Origin: Macrostomum lignano
Lineage: Eukaryota
NCBI GenBank assembly: GCA_002269645.1
Contig: NIVC01003231.1
Span: 1 to 64,000, forward strand
Direction of reading: 5' to 3'
DNA length: 64,000 bases
Part shown: positions 1 to 11,100 of the stretch, piece by piece
Layout: the number at the start of each line of letters is the position of its first letter
How positions within the stretch are numbered: the stretch's first letter is position 1
Notes under the pieces: model-generated
What the model saw: only the letters and a program-made list of their open reading frames with translations
What the model was told of the DNA's origin: nothing
The model's database searches: none
Translations under genes and position numbers: made by a program

Positions 1-13
1 CCTCTATTTTCAG

Positions 14-3000
14 GAAGCTACTGTCGAAATTTATCCGACTACTGCTTGGCGAACAACCCTTGTCTCCATGGCAACTGCAGCAATGGCAACGCGTCCGCCG
101 GAGCCAACTATACCTGCGCCTGCCGCGACGGCTGGACCGGTGATCGTTGCGACCGCGACGTCGACGAGTGCGCCGCGCCCAGCAAAGGCGGCCTGGGCGA
201 CTGCCTGCCCAACGGCACCGCGGCCTGCGTCAACTCCAATGGCAGTTTTGCCTGCCATTGCCGGCCCGGGTGGACGGGTGAGAGGGGCCAAGGACTGCTG
301 GACTAGATCTGGGCGGGTGAGAGGGGGCCAAGGACTGCTGGCTAGATCTGGGCGGGTGAGAGAAGGGCCAAGGACTGCTGGACTGATGGAATGGAAAGGC
401 ACAAGTTCTATGAGTTAAACCAAATGTTGTGAGGGATGCAACATCTGGGAAGGAGTTTCTGTTCTGAACTGCGGTAAAAGGCTTCCTAGATCTCCTCTCG
501 CTCCTGCAGGCCCTCTGTGCTCCGAAATATCCGACTATTGCTTGGCTATGAAGCCAGCCTGTCACCATGGCAACTGCAGCAACGTCGGCTCCAGCAACTA
601 CACATGCGCGTGCAACAGCGGCGGGAGGGCGCGGCGTGCGAAACGGACATCGACGAGTGCAGCCGGTCAGGATACTGCGTGAAACGCTTGGCCTGCGAGA
701 ACACGAACGGGTCCTACACGTGCGCCTGCCAGCCAGGGTTTGAAGGTGCGCGTACAGCGGAAGTTTTACTGAAACAAAGATCTCTTATGGTTGGTAGCGA
801 GAGTGGAGCTTGGAGGTTAGTTTAGATGGCTGCCGCAAATCAGGTTAGTGTGTGGTGACCGCGCAAGGAGACGAACCGAGAGTCGTGGCGCGACAGGCGG
901 AGCTATTAACCATTGAGCTGCTCTTTCCCCACCGAATGTCTTGACTTACTTGACTTAGCTGCGTCCGGAAACAGCGAGGAGGCGTTGCCGCCCATTTCGC
1001 TAACCCCTGGCGACCACGGGCAGCTAGTGCTGCGGTGTGCTGCAGGGAGTTCCGGTGGTGCCGGTGTCCGCAGCGCGGTCCCCCTCCGGAGGGTCCAGGA
1101 GGTGGACTGTCGCTCGCCCGGTAGCCCTTAGATAGCGGACGAGCTGGCAGAGATTCTCGGGCCTGAAAACGTCGGAGAGGTCCGGGTTTGGGCCGAGGTA
1201 GGTGAGCCTGTCCTGAGTAAAGGCGGGTCGGGCTCGGGCATTCACAGATGAAGTGCTCCGCATTCTCGACACCGGAGAGGCAGAATGGGCATTCCTCACT
1301 GCGGATTTTTCCCTGGAGGTAGCGATGCCTGGCAAAACAGCCATGACCGGAGATGGCCATGGTCACCGCCCTGATGTCCCTGCGGTTGAGTCCAAGCAGG
1401 GCCTTGCGCAGGGCGGAGGCTCACCGAATGTCAGTTGAGAATGCTGTTCTGCGCTCAGTTGAGGAATTTATTACTTTGCCTAATCACCAAAATTCCCATT
1501 CATTCCCTGCAGGTCGCCGCTGCGACACCAGACTGAACCCGTGCGCCAACCAGCGACCCTGCGTGAATGGCAATTGTACCTCGAAGGCTGGCAGCTTCGG
1601 GCCAACTAGCGACTACCTCTGCAGCTGCAGCACCGGCTGGGAGGGCCGTAACTGCACGGCCGACCGGAATGAGTGCCAGGCTGGCTCCGATCCGTGCGCC
1701 TTCGGACAGGTGAGCGATAATAACTTCAGATTGCAGGCCCGGTATGACACCGACATCACGCTTGTGTCAGCATCCATTGCCGCTCTTCAATAGTTTCACA
1801 AATATTCAATCAAAGTGAAGGTACTCCAGTAGAAACGCGCTTGAGTCGCAATTGAAAACTTACGACCTTACGGCTTCATTGTTGCGGTTTAAAAGACTAC
1901 AGATGTTTACTAGATAACTGCAATGACTACTCAACAAGTAGGAATGAAAACTGAAAAGCTTATGAATATCAATAGAGCTATAAGAAAGGCAAGACATATC
2001 AAAATATGAAAATTGCTTCTGCCTTTTATCAAAAGCAATAGCAATTTTTGTGCTGAAAAAATGAAAACTTGCTATCTCTGTAGTGTATTTTTCGAAGAAA
2101 GCCAGCCTCCTTAACGTTTTCTATGAAACGTAGTTTTCCCTTCTTCTAGTTGAGTAGTCCTTGGATAATTGTCCTGACATCTTCCTTCCTATTGGCACCC
2201 GAATCACCCTTACAGGCATGCGTGAATCTGCCTGGTGGTTACCGGTGCGACGCAACGGTCGCCGGCTACTGGTGGGTGTTCCTCATCATCGTCTTGATTT
2301 TGCTTCTGGCCGCTGCCGTCATCATTGGCTGGCGAGTTCTGGTCTGTCGCCAGCGCACTGCGAAGCAGCAGTTTGAGCAGGGTCAGACGAAGCCAGCCGT
2401 CCGACAACAGCTCAACGTCAAGTGGCCCACCGACGATCGACGAACCCTCGACGGATGGGGACCCGAAAAGGAGTACGACTATGGCAGCGGTGAGTTCTTG
2501 CATTGCTTCACAACAGCACTGAATGTGACGCTGCAGAGCACAAGTTTAAACTAAAATGCTTCTTCAGATGAACGTTCTCCACGCCTGCCGCCGCGAAATC
2601 CCAATCTGCCACGGATGCCCGCCATTGCGGAGCGGCAAGCTGCACCAGTGCCAGCTTCCGGACTGGACGCCGAGTACGAACTTGTGAGGACCACGACAGC
2701 AGCTGCTCCGGAGACCCAGCTGGAGGACACCGGTACCTACGCAGACCTGCGCCAATCCAAGATGCTTGACACTGACGAACCGAGTAAGTTGTCTAGATAA
2801 TTTCCTGCGCTCATTTGATCATTTTAGAATTTTAGACTCAGCAACTCATCTCTAGACAAAAGTGATTTCCTTACTTCCAAGCGACTGAAGCCGTGAAGGC
2901 TTTTTGATTCTGTAAACTTTAAATCAATCCTTTAAAACAGCTATTTTTACAGGCGAATGTATACTACATGCATTCAATAGAGATCGCCTACTGAAAAGTA

Positions 3001-4047
3001 GCCCGAAAAAGAAACGAAGCAGGTCTCTTGCAGTTTAAAAAATATTCTGCACTGACAGTTATATAAAAATTCGAATGTTTTTTATTAGAGGCATGGAGCT
3101 GTGTGCACCCAGACGCTTTTTAAGCGACATTGTCACACAACCAGCGAGAGGCATTACTGCCCATTCCGCCGACTCCCCTGAGCAGGCACACAAGCGTGCG
3201 GATACGTACGCAGTCATACACACAGGCACACACTCACACAGGCGTGAATACAGCGGCCCTAACTTTATTTATCGTTAGGCATGTACACTTCACTGTGCAT
3301 TTGGGGTTGGCCCTCAAGGGTGTTAATTGCATGAGCAGAGCCAAGCCAAGATTCCAATTTAGTCCCAAATTAAATCTGACTGCACTTGGAATCGAGTCTG
3401 GCCCGCTTACACATCAGAGCGCCGCGCCGGACCGCTGGGCCAAGCCCCCATATTTTTTTAGTTTTAAAACTGTGTACACCTCTGTCGGAAATGCCGCTTC
3501 AACCCCAACACAACAAACAGCCATTCAGCTGAACGAAACGGAAACGGGCCCCAAGCCTCCGGTGCCTGACGCGCCCCGACCGACCGAGCAGAGGCCGGCG
3601 ACGGCTCAGCCGCTCGGCCGTAGCAGCGGCAGCTCCAACAAGGTCGAAGAGAGCGTGTACGACAATTCCGGCTACCTGTCCAGCCAACCACCCAGCCGGC
3701 CCGTGTCGAACCCCGGCTACCTGGAAATGAACATGACCAACAGCCCTGACGGCTACGTCCGGCCAATTTCTGTCGCCATCGATCAGCCGACGGAGCCAAA
3801 CAAGCCGCAGCTGCCGCCAAAGCCGCAGAAGGTCAAGCGGAGGAAGCTGAAGAAGCCACCGCCGCCGCCACCGCAGCCGCAGGACCAGGCGGCGACGACG
3901 ACGACGACGAAAGAGGCCTCCTCGGCCGTAGCGGCGGCGGTCGATGTGCCCGAGATTCACCTGATTGACACTGACGGGGTGGACTCTGGACCGCTGCCCG
4001 TCACTATGGGCCGGCTGAACTCCGGAGATGCCAGCGATTCTCTGTGA
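14..4047 (+). CDS. EGF/calcium-binding EGF repeat single-pass membrane protein, 5'-partial; exons 14-277, 510-745, 1513-1709, 2216-2489, 2568-2783, 3521-4047
   Basis: Six-Cys EGF modules, several with cbEGF starts (DVDEC, DIDEC, DRNEC); TM segment [22 protein letters not shown] followed by RQR; Pro/Tyr-rich tail ending ASDSL*. All introns are GT-AG and phases join (1,1,0,1,1), apart from a 1-nt frameshift at 622/623. Confidence 0.85.
275..385 (+). repeat. 39-bp tandem repeat x3 that includes the exon 5' splice site
   Basis: CGGGTGAGAG..GCCAAGGACTGCTGG recurs at 275, 314 and 353; the first copy contains the donor GT at 278. Confidence 0.9.
850..927 (-). mobile_element. tRNA-derived SINE head / tRNA-like relic
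   Basis: Minus strand reads CAGCTCAATGGTTAATAGCTCCGCCTGTCGCGCCACGACTCTCGGTTCGTCTCC, with A-box-like and B-box-like motifs at tRNA spacing; similar to 37180-37232. Confidence 0.55.
941..1421 (-). mobile_element. 5'-truncated non-LTR retrotransposon (LOA/I-group-like) in an intron
   Basis: Encodes [37 protein letters not shown] and, after a frameshift, [18 protein letters not shown], aligning by eye with the C-terminus of ORF2 at 58301-61312. It has an AAGT-type tail and an 11-bp TSD CACCGAATGTC at 930-940 and 1422-1432. Confidence 0.88.
3264..3448 (-). mobile_element. putative tRNA-derived SINE
   Basis: Minus strand has A-box TGGCCCAGCGG near 3440, degenerate B-box GACTCGATTCC at 3388-3398, and an A-rich end GATAAATAAA at about 3264. 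Confidence 0.5.
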
Positions 4048-4594
4048 CGACACCAGGACATTTTCTGTATCGAGCTGGACTTCCTTGTGAACGATTTGTT
4101 TTACATGCTCCTGGTGACAAATTGCACAAAAGGACCCAAGATTGCTGTAAACAAGATGTTAGACTGCGTAACCGTTAGACTGCGTAGATGTTAGAACTGC
4201 ATGTACGTAAGCTATACGTAAGTCTGGAGTTTTCAAAGACTTGACACTTTGTATAAAAATCATAGCACTCAAATTACGAGCTACTAGTGAAAGTAATTAT
4301 GAAGCAAGAAGTTATTCTAATTGTTCTTACTCACATTTTACTTACTTGACTGACCCGAAAACTAACGGTGCGCCTGTAAACCACGAAAATTATTCTATAA
4401 AATTTCATATTTTGTCTTCTGTCTGTATGAAATCTGAATTACGAACTGTGCCCTGTCTAAATATTCGGTCAAATTCATTTGTACTTCTCTTCTTGCCTGA
4501 GTCTCAATTCAGCTGAGCGCCAGCTATAGCGGCTTATATTGCGGTCACTCTGTCTCTGTCTCTGTCTTATTCATCATTACTTGAAAGTCTGTTA

Positions 4595-4632
4595 AATAAA
4601 GCAATTGACTGCAGTTTGGAGAATCGAATAAA
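4595..4632 (+). terminator. two candidate polyadenylation signals for the EGF gene
   Basis: AATAAA at 4595-4600 and 4627-4632, about 550 nt after the stop codon. Confidence 0.45.
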
Positions 4633-4830
4633 CTGTAATTTTCGGTGCATGCATGCTATCGGCGAATGATTCGGAACTAATACAGGCACAGAAGTGTGTG
4701 ATAAAGCAAATTATTGTGATGAATTAGTAGCGATAATGTCATGGCATGCTTTTACTACTCGCTGCTGTAGAAAAGCTAGTACAGTGTGCGTCTCCGAAGG
4801 GCGACGTTTAAAAAACATTTTGCTCTGTAT

Positions 4831-5145
4831 CAGGGGTGTCACAGGGGGGGGGGCACACTGGGACCATGGCTTAATGCTACGGGCTAATGAACCAATTAAA
4901 TAAGGTAATAGCCGCATCTCTTCCATTTTTCAACAGTGCTTTAGGGTAGGTTTTAGGGCAGCTATGGAGTGGCAAAAAGCAAACCAATTTGGAGACTTAC
5001 AAAGATTTTATGACTTTGGAAACTTTAAACACTTCTCTCCAGAATAAGCAAGCGCCAGGTACACCAAACAGGTGGAAAAATAATCTCTGTGATTAATTTT
5101 TTTGTGATTTTCCCTCCCTCCACCAAACAATCTGTGACACCCCTG
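4831..5145. mobile_element. MITE, 315 bp, with perfect 14-bp terminal inverted repeats
   Basis: CAGGGGTGTCACAG at 4831-4844 and CTGTGACACCCCTG at 5132-5145; AT on both flanks; no clean 8-bp TSD; no coding capacity. Confidence 0.8.
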
Positions 5146-5166
5146 ATCTGAGCGGTGCTGCTGTGC

Positions 5167-8100
5167 TTAGCAAAACTCTGGCGGCGGCCCGGGCCGAGTC
5201 TGAAAAGCCGCCACCCCCATCAGCGGTCGTCTGGCACCACCGGGTTGACCTCCGCCTGCGGCTGTGGCGTCCGTCGAGGACGACGTCTCGACCGATCGAG
5301 CGGAAGCCGGCAGGAACGGCCGCCTCAGACTCTCCTCCTCATCGTCGCCGTGCTGGCTGTCTGCGTCGGATTCTCGATCGTCATCAGAGGTTGAATTGCC
5401 GTCGGGCACTTGAGTCCTGCAGGTGGGCGCCGGCTGCTTGCTGGGCAGAGAGTCGTTCACGTCGGATTCCTCATCGCTACCAACGACAGGCGCGATGTAG
5501 TGCAGATGCTGCCTGCGCTGCTGCTGTACCAGCTGTGATGGAGGGAGCGGCGGTCGAGAGCGCGGACTGCCGAAGTCGGCAGAAATATTGACTCGACCAA
5601 GGGCTGGCGAACGCACTGTGCAGAACTGTTGCTGCTGCTGTTGCTGCTGCTGCAGACCCTCACGCAACATCAGAGTCGTGTACTGAATAGGCGAACCCGT
5701 ACAGCCACCCACGGCGCCCTCTAAGCTGCCTAAGCTCGTCAGTGACGTCTGTGTGGTTAATCCCGTGGCGCTGCCGTGCTGGTTGTGGTACACCGAAGAG
5801 GCTGGACGGGGCAGAGGCTCTCTAGGTCAGCTTTCGTGCTACAATAGCTAATGCGAGCTAAAACCAACAAAATGGAAGCTTACCGTGTCTGCTCCGGAGG
5901 CCGCTAACAGCGGAACACCTGTTGTTCATAGGCCCGGCAAATGGACTGTTTGAGTCACGCGACTGGACGTGGAAGCCCTCGACACACTGTAGAATCTCAG
6001 TGAATGAAGGCCGGTGGCTCGGATCGTGCTTCCAGCACATCAGCATCATGTGGTAGCTGCATATTTAAATGATATTTATGAGAACTGAGCAAGCTGTTCA
6101 AGTTTTACAGTATTTAAAAAGTGCAAGAGAACCTCACAGCGGCTCTGGAGCATTTGACGGCTGTTCAAGAATGCCACCGCTGCGGACGAAGCGAAGCACT
6201 TCACCATTCGATTTTCCTGCGTAGGGCTGCTGGCCCAACGTCAGTGACTCCCAACAGAGTACGCCAAAAGCCCTGGAAAGAGGCGTTATTGATAACTTGC
6301 AATCGGTATTCTGACAATGTAGCATCGGTACAAGCGTACCACAAAAGCTACTGACCACACATCCGACTGAGTAGAGAACACGCCATCAGTCAGGGCCTCC
6401 GGCGACATCCATCTGACCGGCAGCATCGCCCGACCGACATCCTTCTTATAGTACTCGCTCCGGTACACGTCTCTAGCCAGACCGAAGTCGCCGATCTTGA
6501 CCAGTAGTTCGCCAGACCGCTGCGTCACCAGACAGTTCCTGGCCGCGATGTCCCGGTGAACAAACTTCTGAGACTCCAAGTAGCAGCAGCCGTTCGCCAC
6601 ATCGAGGATAACTTTCACCACGCTGGCCAGGCTCAGCTTAGCACAGGGATCGCTCGGACAGCCGCGAGACCGGCGTAGGAAGCCCAGTAGATCGCCGCCT
6701 TCCATGAGCTCGAGCAGGATGAAGTGCGGATCGGAGTCGACGCATACGCCCAGGCAGCGCACAATGTGCTGATGGTCGAAGCGGGATGCCAGCGCCGCCT
6801 CGCGCAGAAAGTCGGCCTTCTCCTGCGCGCTGGCCGTCTTTTTCACCATCTTCACGGCGCAGGGCAGCTCCTCAAAATCATCGGAGTCATCCCCCACAGC
6901 TGAGGCGCCTTGCTGTCGGGGCTTTCTCGTAGAGGAGGTTTGCAGGCGGACAAAGCCTTCAAACACCTGACCGAACGCGCCCGAGCCTAGAAAGCGTACA
7001 ACGTTAACCTGACTCTTGGATACGCGCGTCATGACGGCAAGAAGACTGCCGGCAGTGGCTGCAACAGCGGCGGCATCCTGCGTCGGTTGCTGACGTCGGA
7101 GCGCGTCCTGCAGTCGACGCAGCTCGTCCTCATCGGATGCGAGGCCAAGGTCTACGTACTCCTGGGACAGCACTGGCACCAGCGGGATTTGCACGGTCGA
7201 TGGCTTTGGGCTGCGCTCTGGGTGGTGGCGGATCGTTTGATAGACACAAACCATTTAAGATAGTGAATCTTGTTTTATGCTAAACTTCAAAAAATACTGA
7301 AACCGCTTCAAAAAGCTTTATTAGACTCGCATGCCCGGCAGCTTTTCCGCTCAGCAAACTACCGGCGGACAAGTCCCGGAGGGACAGCAACTACCTTCTC
7401 TTGCTAAGTAACTGGTGTCAAGGCAACCTAAACTTCTGACTGCGAGACAGACATTTAAAGCCAATCAGATTGCTACTTACTGCAGAGAAAGTAGGCCAGT
7501 AGAGGCAGCGAGCCGAGCAGAAGCAGCACAAGAGCGCCCAGCAGCGTCAGGGTGACGAAGCTCAGTCCAAATTCTGCGAAGTTAAGTTTTTTGTAAACAA
7601 ATTATTTTAAATAGACTGCAGGGAATCTGTATTGAAAACGTCTTGAGTAGGGAAGATAAAGCAATTGTTTACATTTGCTTTCAATACTCTGAAGGTCAAT
7701 TTTCAATTAAGTGAATTTACCAAAACAAGCACAAGAGATATTCAAACTATATCCAGATATAAAGGATTTTGTTGGTTTTTGTTTCGAGAGTATGGTATTT
7801 TGCAAGCATTTTTGGTGAAAGCATTGGTCAAGTTGAACAATTTAGGTGAAACCAGTCAACAGAACACAGACGCACCTGAGTAACGAACGGCAGTCGCAGT
7901 GACGGGAATGGGCACAGGAGGACTCGGCTCGCTCTGGCCCATAGAGTTAACGGCGGCAATTCGGACGGCAGCCGCCCATGACAGCATGGCGCTGTCGCTG
8001 GCAAATCGGGTCACGTTCGGCAGCCGCTTCCAATAAACAACCGTCCCGTCCGATGCGTTCGCTGCCACCAGAGACAACTCGTAGCCAGTTACAGGCGAGC

Positions 8101-11100
8101 CGTTGTCTCCGGCCGCCTCCCACACCAGGCCGAACGCACCGTCAAACCGAACTCTCGACGGCGGATCAGGCGGCGCCGCTGATGGACGAAACCATGTTTT
8201 TAAATTGAAATCAACATCGACAAAAACAATGAGTCATTTTTAATGCATCGGCACTGTGTCTCACCGGCACTCCTAAACCGACAGCCGGCAAGATTCTCAT
8301 CTGGGCCGGTGACTTTAGTTCGAGTGAGAACTGGTTCGTAGACTCGACCGGGAAGTAGTTCGGTACTGAAGTTTAGCTTTACCTGGATACCTGGAGTTCC
8401 GTTTTAACCGATGTATAGACTGTTTGACGAACTTTCATGCTATTTTTACTGGTTCTCTTCATCTTGAAATGAATACTTACCTTCACTAGTAGAGAACATC
8501 GCCTCTGAGGTGGGAGAAATCTTGGCGTTTGATTTCACATCCTAAAGAATTAAAGCCGAATTTAACCAGTGCTAAACTGTGAGAGTGTAATAAGCTTGAA
8601 ATTTAGACAAAACCTACCCGAAGCATCATTGTGAGGCTTGACTGACTGGTTCGCAGCACCTCAGCTGTTACGAGACCAACCGACACGTCGGTGAGGGAAG
8701 CGACCACGGAAGTTGTATTGTAGCAGATGCGTCGCAACCTGACAGCTCCCTGTGCTATCTGACGAGCGGCTCCAGTCAAAGAGCGGGACGTCCTTAGCAT
8801 CTGCCCATTCGAGCGTTCGACGAAAATCGAAGTCAGACTGTAAGCACGTGTCCGCCGCTTCTGTTGCTCCTGAGGCTGATTTGACGACCCACCTTCCAGA
8901 CTTCTTGGCTGGCTCTGCTTCTGAGTCGCTGCCAAGGAGCCACCCTGCAATGCGAGCTCCGGCTGGACTGACAGAATTCGAACGAGCGAACGGTCGACTA
9001 CAGTTTTGGGCACCTCGCACACAACCAGGTCGTATTGGATCAGACGTTGACGAGCCGCGCCTAAAACAGGTTAGGCAAATTTTCTGACTCGGCCAATATC
9101 TCAACACGCTTTCTGTGAAAAATTACTTAGCACCGAGGACCCAAGTGTCGTAGTAAGTATTAATAGACAAACCTGTGACAGGCAGACAGGCGCAAATGCT
9201 ACCCACGCTAGACACTTCGCAGAGTTCCCAGGAGCCCCTGAGTATCAGCAGAGATGCGTTGAGCTCAGCGTCCATGTCGCACAGGGCCCAGTCCTCCGGG
9301 CGCAGTCGCAGCGACTCGCTGCAGGCAGCAAAGTCACGCTGAGAGTAGGTGGCAACAGCAAAGCGGCTGAGCGAATCGCTGGGGATCAGGTGGTCCAGAT
9401 CCAGGGATCGATAGTTGCCGGAGGCCTGGCGAAACCGCAGTTGTCTGTAACAAAAAATTTGGGAATTAATTGCGCGCCTTGCAGAATCAGTGCCAGAAAA
9501 TGAGATGCCGCGAACCTGTCTACAACCAGAAGCTCAACGTCAGCCGGCTGTCCGATCGTTTCCAAGACAACGGAGGCCTGCGGTAGCCGGCCGAACTCGA
9601 TCAGCATCAGGCGAGTCCTCGGCAGTGAGAGCAAAGAATTGGACATTTCAAGCCAAAGCAGGTTGTCTCTGAGCCAGTCGAAGCCCATCCAGTAGATCGT
9701 GACGGTGTCCTGTCAGAGATTATAAGTTTTCTTCAAGGACTAACTAGCTAGAAGGACGCAAAACTCGCAAATCGTGCAAAAATAGTCGAAGGCCGATTAT
9801 TAAAATTTCTGTATCTCCGAATCGGTTGCATGTAGAAGGTTACTTTTTTGACAGTTTGTTCAGATTTTTATTGTTCAGGTTACATACTGCAAAATTTCGG
9901 AAATTAATAGCCCTAGGCTTCTGCAAACAGAAAATTATGTTGAAAATCATGCAATTCGTCTATCTCACTAATGTATACGAGAACGAAAATCGGCCTTCAA
10001 CTATTTTTACACGAATAGAGAGTGTTACGTCCTTATATAACGAAGTGTTCCTTGTGGTCCTTCGTTTTCTTGTGATCTAAGAGATTAGTGACCCTGGGAG
10101 CTTCATGGTTCAACAGCGTTTTAACAATAATTATAATTATAACCAGCGGTCGCTGCTTGTGACGCCTCGCGAGAACGGCAACACCCAGGCGCTGGAGGAT
10201 TTCCTGGAGAGGCAGGATACGGTGTCGGCCAACACCCGCTTCCGCAAGCCACTCAGCAGGCTCGCGACTTTAGTGGGCGGCAAGCGGAGGCGGCGGAACG
10301 CGCGCAGCCGGTTTGCTACTCGGAGGCTAGCACAGATCGACCACGTGCTTTTGCGCTCCTGTGCGCGCCGCTGCGCTGTCAACTGCCGCACCATCACGCC
10401 GCTGGCCCTACGGTCCGATCATCGGCTTCTCATCTGCGACCTCGAGCTACGCGATCCGCTCTACCGTCCGCTGAAGCGGCCACCGCGGCGCTATTACCGC
10501 GCTCTCAAAGACGCCGGAACGCACTGTCGCTTTGCTAGCGCCTTCATCACTGCGCTCGGCGGCAAGTGTGGAGGTGCCGAGTACGTGGATGTGAGCGCCG
10601 CAGGACGACCCCGCGATTCAGCAAGCGAGGGAATATCTGGAGAAGCTCCGTCTGAGCAGGCGACCTACTCGCGAGGCGGAGGAAGCTCTGGCGACTGTCT
10701 ATCTGCAGCGGCAGCAGGCCGCAGTTGATGAAGTTGTCCAGGCCGTCTCTGCTGCTGGACCCGACGCCAGAGGGCGCGTGGCCTGGTCCACCATTAATGC
10801 TCTGACAGGATGGGGAAGCGGCGCATCCAACTGAATCTGACAGGCGACACTGCGGATGAGCGCAGGAACGAGCTGTGCGAGTTCTTCGCCGCCATAGTCA
10901 ACGCACCGCCACCCCCGCTGCCCAACATCCTGACGCTGCCGCCAGAGACGCCGTTGCCGTCAGAGGACAGTTTTAACGTTGCACCAGTCACCATGGCTGA
11001 AGTCGTAATGCTCGCCCAGAAGACGCCGGGCGGCAAGGCGCTGGGTCCGGACGAGGTGCCCATCGAGGCGCTGCGCATCCACTGTGTGGCCAATGAGGTC

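Noticed and set aside
838-846. AATCAGGTT, also present at the TSD of the full-length LINE (58198-58206)
   Set aside because: The fragment's real junction is at 940, about 95 bp away, and its TSD is unrelated, so this is no evidence of a shared target.
3130-3520. N-terminal 130 aa of the 305-aa ORF
   Set aside because: Intronic; it overlaps a SINE, and the phase-compatible acceptor is at 3520.
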